Source: Candidatus Bathyarchaeota archaeon (lineage in GTDB: Archaea > Thermoproteota > Bathyarchaeia > Bathyarchaeales > Bathycorpusculaceae). Taken from it: a DNA stretch of 64,000 nucleotides. The stretch is taken from contig CAVYRJ010000004.1 in assembly GCA_963770935.1 (NCBI GenBank), positions 1 to 64,000 on the forward strand. The letters are read 5' to 3'. The first letter of the stretch is position 1. Each line of letters opens with the position of its first letter. The notes beneath the pieces are model-generated. The model was not told the DNA's origin, did not search any database, and saw only the letters and a program-made list of their open reading frames with translations. Positions 40,748-50,836 of this stretch are shown one piece after another. A program made the translations under genes and the position numbers.

Positions 40748-41143
40748 CTAAACTTGTTCATCTACCAGTTGCTTGACTCTTCGTTGGATTTCATCTCTTA
40801 TTTCTCTTACTTTCTCGATGGGTTTACCTTTTGGATCTTCAAGCTTCCAATCGATTGTCGGCTTGAAAAAAGGGCCTGGGCATATACCTTGGTCGTTACA
40901 ACCCATTGTAATAATTAGGTCTGCGTCTTGCGCCATCTGGAAATTAAGCAGCTTTGGTTTGTTGGTTGATATGTCAATACCCTTCTCCTGTAACGCTTCA
41001 ACTACTACAGGGTTAACCCTGTCAGCAGGTTTGTTACCTGCACTCGAGACTAATAGCTTTCCTTTTCCATAATAATTTCCGAAAGCCTCTGCCATTTGAC
41101 TTCTTCCAGCATTTTCCACACAAACAAAAAGAATATGTTTCAT
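40748..41143 (-). CDS. arsC: Arsenate reductase (LMW-PTP fold)
   Basis: ILFVCVENAGRSQMAEAF, ITMGC...CP, DWKLEDP.G, VREIRDEI. Confidence 0.92.
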   Translation of the reverse strand: MKHILFVCVENAGRSQMAEAFGNYYGKGKLLVSSAGNKPADRVNPVVVEALQEKGIDISTNKPKLLNFQMAQDADLIITMGCNDQGICPGPFFKPTIDWKLEDPKGKPIEKVREIRDEIQRRVKQLVDEQV

Positions 41144-41211
41144 TAATTGTCTAAAAAAAGCAAGTAAAAAACGTATTTAAATATATTGTTATCCTAATAT
41201 TTTTGAGGTCA

Positions 41212-41571
41212 ATGAGTCAACTCAAAAATCAGATAAGCGATTGAAGCGATTGCGGAATCAGGCATTTGTTCTTGCGAAAAAGCCTCCGAATATGCAGGAT
41301 GAATTAAAAGAGCTGGCTGATAAGAACTTAAGCATAGAAAAGCAGTGAAGTAAAAGCAAGCTCTTCAAAGCTCTTGCAGATCTCATCAGGTTGAGAATTT
41401 TAGGGTTGCTTTCATTCCGGGAAATGTGTGTTTGTGAGGTGATGGTTGCTTTAGGATCTCACTCAACCGACTGCTTCTCATCATCTTAGGATTCTTAGAA
41501 AATGTTAGCTTAGTGAAAGATCGAAAGGAAGGAAAATGGGTTTTTTATAATCTTTGGAAGCCTAAAAATAA
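41212..41571 (+). pseudogene. Second ArsR/SmtB regulator, multiply frameshifted (end approximate; may be sequencing error)
   Basis: Fragments LFKALAD..RLRILGLL..REMCVCEVMVAL, TQPTASHHL, VKDRKEGKWVFY. Confidence 0.75.
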
Positions 41572-41596
41572 CAAACCGTCTTTTGAAAACTGTAAC

Positions 41597-41622
41597 AACA
41601 TATTTAAGTATTTGAATATGTT
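41597..41622. promoter_or_regulatory. 12-2-12 inverted repeat, ArsR/SmtB-type operator upstream of acr3
   Basis: AACATATTTAAG-TA-TTTGAATATGTT (10/12 symmetric). Confidence 0.65.
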
Positions 41623-41650
41623 ATTAAGCAAATCGTATAAGGTGGGTCTC

Positions 41651-42709
41651 ATGGAAACAAAAAAAGAGCATGCTGAACACGTAAAACAAGAATTATCTCT
41701 TGGTTTATGGGAGAAATACTTGACTGTATGGATAGCCATATGCATAGTTGTTGGCTTGCTTGTTGGCAGGTTCATACCAGCATTTGGCGAGTTCATGGAT
41801 TCGCTAAAATTTGCACACCTCTCCATACCCATCGGCATACTTTTGTTTTTCATGATGTATCCAACTGTTTTGGGCATTCGATTTAGCGATGTGAAAATGG
41901 CTTCCAAAAACCCCAAACCACTAATGGTTACTCTAATTGCCAACTGGGTTGTGGCCCCAATCATAATGACAATCTACGCTAATTATTTTCTCGCTGGAAA
42001 CCCCCAGTATATCGCCGGAGTTATACTTCTCGGCTTATCACCTTGTACTGCCATGGTTATGTGGTGGATGCTTCTAGCAAAAGGAAACATGGCTCAGGGT
42101 TTGATCAACACTGCCGTAAATGCCATGATTATGCTGGTTTTGTATGCTCCTCTTGCAGCGTTGTACTTAGGGGTTAGCAGTATTCCGGTTCCTTGGGATT
42201 TAATAGCGCTTAGTGTTTTAGCATTTATTGCGCTTCCAATAGCGGCAGGCGCGTTATCGCGACGGTACATAATTCGTAAGAAGGGTGAAGAATGGTTCCA
42301 TAATGTGTATACTGCGGCTGTCGGCAAGGTTTCTATCGTCGCTCTGCTTTTAACCTTGATAGTACTTTTCTCTTTTGCAGGTCAAACAATCCTAAATGAT
42401 CCTCTTCTTGTAGGTTACATTGCAATACCCAATCTGTTGCACTATGCAACCATGATTGCATGGACATATCCTCTGGGGTATTTCTTAGGCTGGAAGTATG
42501 AAACTGCAATCGACACAACACTCATTGGCAGCAGCAGTCATTTCGAAGTTGCAATAGCCGTAGCAGTAACGCTTTATGGTATTGGTTCAGGAGCTGCACT
42601 TGCGACGGTAATCGGTCCACTGTTCGAGGTGCCTTTGATGCTATCACTTGTGTGGCTAGGATTACGTACAAGAAAGTATTTCCCAAGAAAGAAACGTGAG
42701 AAAGTTTAA
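41651..42709 (+). CDS. acr3: ACR3 family arsenite efflux transporter
   Basis: EKYLTVWI, MMYP, NWVVAP, LGLSPCTAMV..W, SSHFEVAIAVA..LYG..SGAALATVIGPL.EVP; start taken at ATG 41651. Confidence 0.95.
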   Translation: METKKEHAEHVKQELSLGLWEKYLTVWIAICIVVGLLVGRFIPAFGEFMDSLKFAHLSIPIGILLFFMMYPTVLGIRFSDVKMASKNPKPLMVTLIANWVVAPIIMTIYANYFLAGNPQYIAGVILLGLSPCTAMVMWWMLLAKGNMAQGLINTAVNAMIMLVLYAPLAALYLGVSSIPVPWDLIALSVLAFIALPIAAGALSRRYIIRKKGEEWFHNVYTAAVGKVSIVALLLTLIVLFSFAGQTILNDPLLVGYIAIPNLLHYATMIAWTYPLGYFLGWKYETAIDTTLIGSSSHFEVAIAVAVTLYGIGSGAALATVIGPLFEVPLMLSLVWLGLRTRKYFPRKKREKV

Positions 42710-42721
42710 AGAGAACAAGTC

Positions 42722-43498
42722 ATGGTGAATAAAATGAAAGACAAAAATGAAGAAGTAAAAAGAACTGTTAGAAAAGCGTACTCAAAAGTAGCGACCAATA
42801 GCAATTCTTGCTGTTGCTCCTGCGGATGCGGAAGTGCCGATCAACAAACCATTAAGAAAATATCTAAAAGAGTAGGCTATTCAGAAGAGGAAATGAATGC
42901 TGTTCCAGAAGCCAATCTTGGATTAGGCTGTGGAAACCCAACAGCATTTGGTAACATCAAAGAAGGCGACGTTGTCCTTGATCTTGGAAGCGGCGCCGGA
43001 TTTGACTGCTTCTTAGCCTCGAAAAAGGTTGGTAAAAATGGAAAAGTTATTGGCGTTGACATGACTGAAGAAATGATAGCTAAGGCCAGAATCCTTGCTA
43101 AGGAGAATGGTTACTCAAACGTTGAGTTTAGGCTTGGCGATATTGAAAAACTTCCCCTCGATGACAATTCTGTTGATGTAATAATTAGCAATTGCGTGAT
43201 TAACCTTGCGCCAGACAAATTGCAGGTATTCAAAGAAGCATATCGTATTCTGAAAAGCAGTGGCAAAATGTACGTTTCTGACATTGTTCTCCTCGGGAAA
43301 CTAACGGAAGAGCAGCTAAAGGACGAAGATTTGCTTACCGGCTGCGTAGCAGGCGCTTTACACAAAGATGATTACTTAGCCAAGCTCAAGCAAGCAGGAT
43401 TTAGAGTTAACATCATTGCGGAAGACAAAGAACTAAGCAAAACACAATACAACGAATTGCCTATTGAGAGCATTAAGATTGAGGCAATGAAGCCTTAA
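42722..43498 (+). CDS. arsM: Arsenite S-adenosylmethionine methyltransferase
   Basis: [51 protein letters not shown]. Confidence 0.95.
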   Translation: MVNKMKDKNEEVKRTVRKAYSKVATNSNSCCCSCGCGSADQQTIKKISKRVGYSEEEMNAVPEANLGLGCGNPTAFGNIKEGDVVLDLGSGAGFDCFLASKKVGKNGKVIGVDMTEEMIAKARILAKENGYSNVEFRLGDIEKLPLDDNSVDVIISNCVINLAPDKLQVFKEAYRILKSSGKMYVSDIVLLGKLTEEQLKDEDLLTGCVAGALHKDDYLAKLKQAGFRVNIIAEDKELSKTQYNELPIESIKIEAMKP

Positions 43499-43620
43499 CT
43501 TTCTATTATTTTTAATGAAGTGCTGATTGGCGCTGTTTTTTTACTAAAGCTGTTTCAGTATAAAACAAAGTTAAAATCAAAAATATAGGCGACGACTTCA
43601 ACAGCTTTCCTCATTGCAAA

Positions 43621-44889
43621 TTAAAGCGGGTAGGTGGGTATGTAGTCGGGTGCGTTTGTGTCTTCTTCTGTTGTACATGTTGCTTCTTCAGGGGGGTCTT
43701 TTTCGTATGCTCTTCTTAGAAGAAGCGGCGCCAAAACAGTTGTTATCATGATCATCCCTAAGATAGCAGCATAAGTACTCTGGGTGATGGCGCCTGCCGA
43801 GATGGCTACTCCAGCCACTATAAGACCCACTTCACCACGTGAAATCATTCCATAACCTACTTTAGCCCCTTTTGATCGATCTTTCAAGAAAAAGGCAGCT
43901 GGGATCCCGCAGCCGATCAATTTGCTTATTATAGCTACTATCACCAATGCTGCAAAGAAGGCGTAGAAGAACCAGTCAGAAGTAATAAAGCTCCTAATAT
44001 CAAATTGTGCCCCCGCTAACCCAAAGAAAACCGGCGAAAATATTACGCTTATTTTCTTCGTATAATCCTTTATTTTCTCAATCGTGTGGGAACTAGCAAT
44101 AGCCATGCCTGCGGCAAAAGCTCCCACGATAGGTGACAAACCAAGGACAGCAGCTAATGCGGAGGCGCCAAAACATGACGCTGTAGCTGCTGCCTCCACG
44201 GTTCCTTCTTTTCCTTTCGAGGTAAAATTAATTATTTTTGGAAGAACAATTGCCGCAAAAACTGTCAAGGCAAGCCATAATGCAAGAGAGGTGGAAACTA
44301 GGGCAATCACGCTTAATGCAGTAATAGGAGTTGAGGTGGAAATGAATGAAACAATCACACCTAAAATTGCCAGCCCCAACACGTCATCGACAACTGCAGC
44401 ACTAATCATCATTCTTGATTCTATCTTGTTGCATTGATTGAGTTCTTGCAGTACGAGCGCTGTTATAGAGATGCTTGTGGCCACAAGGGCTGCACCAACT
44501 ACTAAACCTGTTATGGTGCTTAACCCAAGAGCCAGTGCAAGTCCGTAACCCATTATGAAGGGAATTATGACCCCTAATGTTCCAATGACAAATCCGGCTG
44601 TGCCGACCTTTCTGAAATCTCTAAACGTCATCTCTAAACCCGCCACAAACAAGATCAGTATGCCCCCTATCTCTGCGAATGCTTGAACAATTTCATTTAT
44701 TTCAATTATTGGCGATCCATTTATGGCGATTAGGGAGCCAAAAGCGAATGGTCCAAGAAGGATTCCAGCGAGCAATTCACCTAGAACTGAGGGAATTTTT
44801 CTCCACGAAAAAATTTCGCCCAGCACCTTGGCTGAGAAAACCAAAATGCAAATAGTTACTATTGCCCTCAACGCTGGATCTAAAGCCAA
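43621..44889 (-). CDS. Cation:proton antiporter (CPA2/Kef-like)
   Basis: GELLAGILLGP, LF.AGLE, ATSISIT, AAVVDDV.G, GAF.AG, MISRGEVGLI. Confidence 0.93.
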   Translation of the reverse strand: MALDPALRAIVTICILVFSAKVLGEIFSWRKIPSVLGELLAGILLGPFAFGSLIAINGSPIIEINEIVQAFAEIGGILILFVAGLEMTFRDFRKVGTAGFVIGTLGVIIPFIMGYGLALALGLSTITGLVVGAALVATSISITALVLQELNQCNKIESRMMISAAVVDDVLGLAILGVIVSFISTSTPITALSVIALVSTSLALWLALTVFAAIVLPKIINFTSKGKEGTVEAAATASCFGASALAAVLGLSPIVGAFAAGMAIASSHTIEKIKDYTKKISVIFSPVFFGLAGAQFDIRSFITSDWFFYAFFAALVIVAIISKLIGCGIPAAFFLKDRSKGAKVGYGMISRGEVGLIVAGVAISAGAITQSTYAAILGMIMITTVLAPLLLRRAYEKDPPEEATCTTEEDTNAPDYIPTYPL

Positions 44890-45024
44890 TTACTACACCT
44901 TTCATCGGTCGCCATCAATTCATTTTGCATACTTTTGGGCTCAGTTAACGTTAGGCTTGAGGATGTACTTAAGACGATTGCTGATCAGTGTGGTTGATGT
45001 TTTGGCTCGCCTTAGGGTCAAGCA

Positions 45025-45732
45025 GTGATGGGACGAATCATGGTATTCATGCGATTTGTTTATGCGTCCGCCGAAAATGTCGATGGCGTTCGTTCTGTGA
45101 AGTGGTGTGTTTTCGCAGGATTTATTAAGAAAAATGGTAGTGACGTTGCTGAACGATACCTAAATCACAATGTAATCGAATCTCACAAGGTCTTAGCCGA
45201 GTATCAAAAGTATCAGCAAAGATTAGGACTAGAGCCCATTGAAGCATCTGAGATCGAAAGTATAACTGAAAAACGCCAACAGTTAATTGAGAAATATGGC
45301 GAGCATTACAAAAATAATTACGGTTGGGCAGCTTCAGTTCTTAAAAATCCAAATCCAACATTTACAGATATAGAGAGAGCTGACGAATCTAGCCATTTTA
45401 GACCGTATTATCGTTTGGCAAGTCATCACATACACTCAAATCCTAAGTGCATTCTCTGCAAACTTGGAACATCGACTTCCAATACAAGAATGATTCTTGT
45501 TGGACCAAGTAACGCGGGTTTGGCTGAACCTGGTCAAGGTATGGCAATATCCTTAGGTAAAATTGATGCTTTGCTAATAGGGATAGAACCAAGCTTTACT
45601 GGGATTACGATCCAAAAAGTGATCCAGCTTGGGGTGGGCATTTGTGGTCAGAGGTTTATACTGTTAGGACTGCGGGCGATGGAACTGGAGCAAAGATTGA
45701 AGAATACATCAACAGAAAATAGACCCGACTAA
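45025..45732 (+). pseudogene. DUF5677-like (HEPN-like) protein fragment, termini apparently degenerate
   Basis: Core AERY..H..IE....Y, YG..Y...YGWA, RPYY.LASH.IHS; N- and C-terminal parts look unrelated. Confidence 0.5.
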
Positions 45733-45752
45733 GTGAACGTTAGTTTCTTGGA

Positions 45753-45784
45753 GATGCTCACCACGAAAGTGGCGAGTAGTTCAC
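45753..45784 (+). mobile_element. IS200/IS605- or IS607-like right-end remnant
   Basis: GATGCTCACCAC-GAAA-GTGGCGAG-TAGTTCAC: subterminal hairpin followed by TAGTTCAC, as at tnpB-element right ends; no tnpA/tnpB nearby. Confidence 0.5.
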
Positions 45785-45791
45785 TTATAAG

Positions 45792-45913
45792 TGGTGCCGG
45801 GGGTGGGACTTGAACCCACGAAGGCCTGCGCCAGAGGATCTTAAGTCCTCCTCCATATCTTAGGCAATCAAATTATCTGGCCGCCTATTTAGACCTGGCT
45901 CGGATACCCCGGC
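45792..45913 (-). tRNA. tRNA-Leu(UAA) with 34-nt intron in the D arm (45855-45888), CCA encoded
   Basis: Spliced: GCCGGGGTATCCGAGCCAGGTCTAA^GGAGGAGGACTTAAGATCCTCTGGCGCAGGCCTTCGTGGGTTCAAGTCCCACCCCCGGCACCA; GTCT/AGAT helix with 3-nt bulges and TAGGC/GCCTA stem. Confidence 0.93.
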
Positions 45914-46080
45914 ACCAGCACCGATACAGTCAACATTGTCTTGTTTAAGTTTTTTGTATCTGGTTTGAAGGTATTGTTTGGTCACTTGGTCGTTAGATAA
46001 TTTGCCAGATGGTGTGGTTATTTGTTCTTTTTTCGTTACGGAGGGAGATAACTAGCAGGAGATTGTGAGGTTCCCAAAAA

Positions 46081-48957
46081 TTATCTGAAGCGTCTACTTA
46101 GTACCTTTCGTTCAGCTTCCAAAACCAACTCATAGAACTTGTCGGTGAGTTTTGGTTCCTTCTCCAAAACAGATTTGACATCCGCAGCGGAAACGCGTCT
46201 CGCACTAAGCGCTACCGCAGCTGGTTTGCCGTATTTTTCAATCAACTCCGCAGTCTGTTTAGCGTGCACTTGCATTTTCTCCTCGTTCTTGCCCAATTTT
46301 TCGCCCTTTTTTTCTATCAGGGGCAAAGCTTTCTCTTCCTCAATCTTGAGCATTCCAATCGCAAAAGACCCACACCTTGGGCATTTAGGTTTGTCGGGCA
46401 AGTCTTTGATGCATATCGACTCCATGTAGTCCCAACAGCTTGTGCATACAAAGTTACCTGTTTCGTTTAGCAATCTTGCTTTTGCAGATTCTACTAGGAC
46501 AGCGCGCATCTGCTCTGGAGGAATAAGATCAGTCTTCATACTAACGCGTTCAATCCCCACGCGAGCCACAGGCGTTGCGTTGCCACCAGTTTCAACAACC
46601 TGCAGCCTAACCTTACCATCACGAAGTCGCCCCAGCACCATAACCAGCCCATCACCGTCGATGTCTTTAGAAAAAACCTCTTTTAGCCCTTCCTCGTAAA
46701 TAGGGGTTCCCTCAAAACTCGTAATCAACTTTTGGATGCTTACGTTGCTAAAGTCAGCCCACTTCTTGAGCGCTCCAAAACGCCTAGCCACCTGAATCAC
46801 ACGACGCTTAAACAACCCGGTCTTCACCGTTGACAACGTAAGCGTGTTCCGTATGGCTTGCTCACCCATAACCTGAATTTCTTTTAAAACTTCAACAAGC
46901 CGCTCAGCAGTCATAGCGCCCATAGTTTGCACAAAAATCCGATATGGGTCATGCTGAACCACAATTCCACGACCAAGCTTATCAGACAACACCTGACCCA
47001 AAAGCTGAGCCAAAGCCCGATTAGTCAGCGAACCAAAATTCGAATGAACAATAACGAATTCGCCCCAATCCTCAACCACAATCCGCTCGGGAGTGGGAAC
47101 AGGAAAGCCGCTATGCACCTGCTCCAAAGTTTCATCTAAAGCATGAAGAATCGTCTCTCTGTCAGCTGGGTAACGTTCAGCAAGCAACGCGCTGATTTGC
47201 TCACCTGAAAAGCCGCTTTGGTTTTTCTCTTCCACAAAACCTCGGATTTCCGCTAGTTCCTGCGCCACCTCGTAGGGCACGGGGATTTCTTCTCCAATCC
47301 AGCTAGGTATGGAGCCTGTGGGGTCATCAACTGGTCGAACGTAAACTTTGTCTTCGGTGGTGTGGATTATTTGCCATGGGCTGCCGCGAATAATGAATTT
47401 TGTGCCTGGTTTGCCATATTCTGCCATGAAAGCTTCGTCTAAAACGCCGATGGAAGAATCCATGGATTCGTCGATGACAAGGAACTGTTTTTCCTCGGGA
47501 ATCATAGATAAATTGTCAAAATAATACTCAAACAGCGCTTTAGTCCGCTGGGGTCTTAGCACTACTTGGTCCTCAAATGATGCCCAAGCTAATCGGGGAA
47601 AACGATTGTGCATGTATTTGAGAATCTTCTCTACGTCAGCTATCGTGAGGTTCTCAAACGGTGCAGCATTTTTGAATATTCCTAAAATCTCGTTGAACGC
47701 TAATCGACGGTTCTTAAGCAATAACCCAGCGATTTGATGAGCTAAAACATCATAAGGTTTGTCAGGAATCGTAAGCGGCTCCAACTCTTCCGATAAAGCT
47801 CGTCGTGCAATAACTAACGCTTCAAGCGTGTCATCAGAGTCCATGCCGATAATTATACCCTCAGACAATTTCCCATAGGTGTGTCCTGCTCTGCCAGCAC
47901 GCTGAATAAGACGTGAAACTTGCCTTGGGCTCATATATTGGATTACAAGGTCGATATGCCCAACGTCAATCCCGAGTTCAAGACTGCTTGTCGCTATTAA
48001 CCCCTTAAGAGCCCCTTTTTTGAGCCCAGTTTCCGCGGCAATACGTGAGGGCTTAGCTAACGAGCCATGGTGAATTGAGATAGGAAAATCCACGTCCCAA
48101 ACTTTGAAGCGCGAAGCCAACACCTCCGAAACCGAACGTGTGTTTGTGAATAGGAGCACGGATTTGCGTTTGCTCATGTAGTCGCGGATAATGCGCAGCC
48201 TAGCCGCTACCTCTGGGTGGGTGTAGATTTTGGAGGCGAATTGTGCGTCCTCTTCAGTCGGTTTGGGATAAATAACCTGAAGTTTTACCATTTTAGCAAC
48301 GGGAACACGGATGATTTCAACAGGGCGTTTATCGCCAACAAGGAACTGGGCTACTTTGTCTGGGCTACCAACAGTGGCAGATAAGCCGACCATTTGGAAG
48401 TCTTTACCGATTAAATCGCGGATACGCTCCAGCGCCAATGATAGCTGACTTCCACGTTTGCTATCTGCTAACTCATGCACTTCATCGATTACTATCCAAC
48501 GCAGACTCTGCAGACTCTGACGCAGTAACCACCCAGTAAGAATCGCCTGCAACGTTTCAGGCGTTGTTATAAGGATGTCTGGGGGACATTGAGATTGGCG
48601 AGTGCGTTCTTTGGTTTCGGTGTCACCATGCCGAACAGCCAATTTAATGTCAAGGTTGTTGCACCACCACTGCAGCCGTTCCAGCAAATCCCGGTTTAAC
48701 GCTCGAAGCGGCGTTATGTAGAGGACTTTTATTCCTGGAGTTTTCGGTAACTGCAAAAGCATGCTTAAAATGGGCAGGAAAGCAGCTTCAGTTTTGCCTG
48801 TGGCTGTAGGCGAGATTAAGAGAACGTTTTTGCCGTCAAGGATTTTCGGTATGGTTTTTTCTTGGGGGTCAGTCGGTTTTAGGAATCCTTTTTGTTCCAC
48901 GAGCCTTCGAACTGGCTTTACAAGCATTTCAAAAGCGTTTTCAGAAGTGGCTTGCAA
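46081..48957 (-). CDS. lhr: Lhr family SF2 helicase with C-terminal zinc ribbon
   Basis: SPTATGKTEAAFLP, YITPLRALNRD, ITTPETL, IDEVHE, GLSAT, HHGSL, SSLELGID, QRAGRAGH, C..C...CPRCG. Confidence 0.95.
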   Translation of the reverse strand: MQATSENAFEMLVKPVRRLVEQKGFLKPTDPQEKTIPKILDGKNVLLISPTATGKTEAAFLPILSMLLQLPKTPGIKVLYITPLRALNRDLLERLQWWCNNLDIKLAVRHGDTETKERTRQSQCPPDILITTPETLQAILTGWLLRQSLQSLRWIVIDEVHELADSKRGSQLSLALERIRDLIGKDFQMVGLSATVGSPDKVAQFLVGDKRPVEIIRVPVAKMVKLQVIYPKPTEEDAQFASKIYTHPEVAARLRIIRDYMSKRKSVLLFTNTRSVSEVLASRFKVWDVDFPISIHHGSLAKPSRIAAETGLKKGALKGLIATSSLELGIDVGHIDLVIQYMSPRQVSRLIQRAGRAGHTYGKLSEGIIIGMDSDDTLEALVIARRALSEELEPLTIPDKPYDVLAHQIAGLLLKNRRLAFNEILGIFKNAAPFENLTIADVEKILKYMHNRFPRLAWASFEDQVVLRPQRTKALFEYYFDNLSMIPEEKQFLVIDESMDSSIGVLDEAFMAEYGKPGTKFIIRGSPWQIIHTTEDKVYVRPVDDPTGSIPSWIGEEIPVPYEVAQELAEIRGFVEEKNQSGFSGEQISALLAERYPADRETILHALDETLEQVHSGFPVPTPERIVVEDWGEFVIVHSNFGSLTNRALAQLLGQVLSDKLGRGIVVQHDPYRIFVQTMGAMTAERLVEVLKEIQVMGEQAIRNTLTLSTVKTGLFKRRVIQVARRFGALKKWADFSNVSIQKLITSFEGTPIYEEGLKEVFSKDIDGDGLVMVLGRLRDGKVRLQVVETGGNATPVARVGIERVSMKTDLIPPEQMRAVLVESAKARLLNETGNFVCTSCWDYMESICIKDLPDKPKCPRCGSFAIGMLKIEEEKALPLIEKKGEKLGKNEEKMQVHAKQTAELIEKYGKPAAVALSARRVSAADVKSVLEKEPKLTDKFYELVLEAERKVLSRRFR

Positions 48958-49244
48958 TATAAAGTGACCTTCGACTATAAAATGTAAGTTTAATTCGGCT
49001 ATAAAAGAAGTTGGGGATGAAAATCAACATTAACAGGTTAAATTGCGATTTATTGGCATTGTTCCATGCGAATAACCATGCTTTCAATATGTGCTTTCGA
49101 CACTTCTTTTACCATGGTTTGGCTGCATAGACAAAAAAATGTTTAATCTCCATGATGAAAAGAAAAATATCTATGCGAAAGCTACGGAAAGTTATTTATC
49201 CTATCAGCCTAAAGCATGGAAGCAACAACACGGAGGAAAATTAA

Positions 49245-49415
49245 ATGGGTAAATGTCCAAAATGCGGAACAGAAGTAGCAAAGCCAAAAAAGACATGGAA
49301 AATGGCAGGTCGTCCAGATAAAGCTGGAAAACGTATGCAACTAGAAATCGGACTCTACGAATGCCCAAAATGCGGCAACGTATTCCGCGAAGTGCTAAGT
49401 AAACAAAAAATCTAA
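49245..49415 (+). CDS. Cren7-like chromatin protein with four Cys (56 aa, not in ORF track)
   Basis: MGKCPKCGTEVAKPKKTWKMAGRPDKAGKRMQLEIGLYECPKCGNVFREVLSKQKI; GGAGG SD upstream; T-rich tract downstream. Confidence 0.75.
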   Translation: MGKCPKCGTEVAKPKKTWKMAGRPDKAGKRMQLEIGLYECPKCGNVFREVLSKQKI

Positions 49416-49534
49416 ACCTTGCAACCTAACAGAAAATAGTTGCATAGTATTTGCACTCTCTATTTTTTCTTTTTCTAAAGCGGTAGTTTTAAAACCAAGC
49501 GTTTGTTAATGAACTGACACGTCAGGTTCTGCAG

Positions 49535-50200
49535 ATGGCAAAAGTAATTGATTTAAAGAAACTCTTGAAGAACGATTATTTTAAAACTGTAATGGCCATC
49601 GTTTTGATTGTTTTTATTATTGTAGGTTTTTTCTTCGGTATGACACTTGTTCTCGGGTCTGCTGTTCCAATTAGGGTTGTGGAAAGCGGTAGTATGTGTG
49701 TTCCCTTTGACGGCGGTTGCGACGGTTGGAGCCATCCCTTTGACCATACTTTGCATGTTGGAGATATAATAGTAATTCAACAAGTGAACCCAGCGGACCT
49801 TAAAGCCAACTACCCCGACAGCGACGTCATCGTTTACAGAAACCCCAACGGCGTCACACCCATAGTTCACCGCATAGTTGCGAAACAAGAAATCAACGGT
49901 ACACTTTATTTTAAAACTAAAGGTGACGGCAATGGACCTGTAACGTGGCCTGATGTTCCTAACTATTACGATAACATTCCCGATGCAAGAGGCGTTCCAC
50001 AAAACCTTATTGAAGGTAAGGTTATTTTACGGGTTCCCTGGTTTGGATGGATAACTCTTTTTATGAGGGGAAATCCTTGGGCTTTGCCCCTGATTATTGC
50101 CCTTATAATATTGCTCGTGGTTATCGAGTTTGTACTTCCTGTGGTTAAAGAAAAGAAGAGAAAAACTGCACAACAACCCGATAAAAATGTTCAACCATAG
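49535..50200 (+). CDS. Signal peptidase I (Sec11 type)
   Basis: VVESGSM, GDIIV, PIVHRI, FKTKGD.N, GKV...VPW.GW. Confidence 0.93.
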   Translation: MAKVIDLKKLLKNDYFKTVMAIVLIVFIIVGFFFGMTLVLGSAVPIRVVESGSMCVPFDGGCDGWSHPFDHTLHVGDIIVIQQVNPADLKANYPDSDVIVYRNPNGVTPIVHRIVAKQEINGTLYFKTKGDGNGPVTWPDVPNYYDNIPDARGVPQNLIEGKVILRVPWFGWITLFMRGNPWALPLIIALIILLVVIEFVLPVVKEKKRKTAQQPDKNVQP

Positions 50201-50270
50201 ATGTCTTTATAAAGAAAGCCTTTGATAAATGAACATTCAGGAAACACGATATGCAAGAGGGAAAAATTGT

Positions 50271-50831
50271 TTGCCCAAAACTAAAGCTACATTAAGCATA
50301 GAGAACGTGGTCGCATCTGCAACGCTCAACCAGAAAGTCGATTTAAACGCTGTTGTTAAGGGCTATCCAGGTGTTGAATACCGTCCTGAACAGTTTCCAG
50401 GCTTAGTTTTCCGATTGAAACGCCCAAAAACTGCCACTTTGATTTTTAATTCTGGAAAGATGGTTTGTACAGGCGCTAAATCAGAGAAAGAAGCACGTCG
50501 AGCCGTCATGAAAGTGGTTAAGGAACTCAAAAAAGGCGGCATAATAATCATCAGTAAACCAGAAATGAAAATCCAAAACATCGTTGCCTCAGGCGGACTC
50601 GGCGGCATGATTGATTTAGAAAAAGCGGCATACACGCTGGAGCATGCGATGTATGAGCCTGAACAGTTTCCAGGCTTAATTTACCGTATGGCAGAGCCTA
50701 AAGTTGTAATTCTGCTTTTTGCCAGCGGCAAACTGGTTTGCACTGGCGCTAAAAAAGAGCAAGACGTTTATGATGCAGTGGATAAATTGCATACGCTGCT
50801 TGAAGAAACCAGCCTAATTTTCTATGAATAA
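50271..50831 (+). CDS. tbp: TATA-box binding protein
   Basis: Two repeats: IENVVAS...Y.PEQFPGLVFR...LIF.SGKMVCTGAKS; start taken at TTG 50271. Confidence 0.98.
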   Translation: MPKTKATLSIENVVASATLNQKVDLNAVVKGYPGVEYRPEQFPGLVFRLKRPKTATLIFNSGKMVCTGAKSEKEARRAVMKVVKELKKGGIIIISKPEMKIQNIVASGGLGGMIDLEKAAYTLEHAMYEPEQFPGLIYRMAEPKVVILLFASGKLVCTGAKKEQDVYDAVDKLHTLLEETSLIFYE

Positions 50832-50836
50832 CCCTT

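Noticed and set aside
41513-41650. N-terminal extension of Acr3 given by the ORF track
   Set aside because: It is the tail of the broken arsR plus the operator region read in frame; ATG 41651 is the more plausible start
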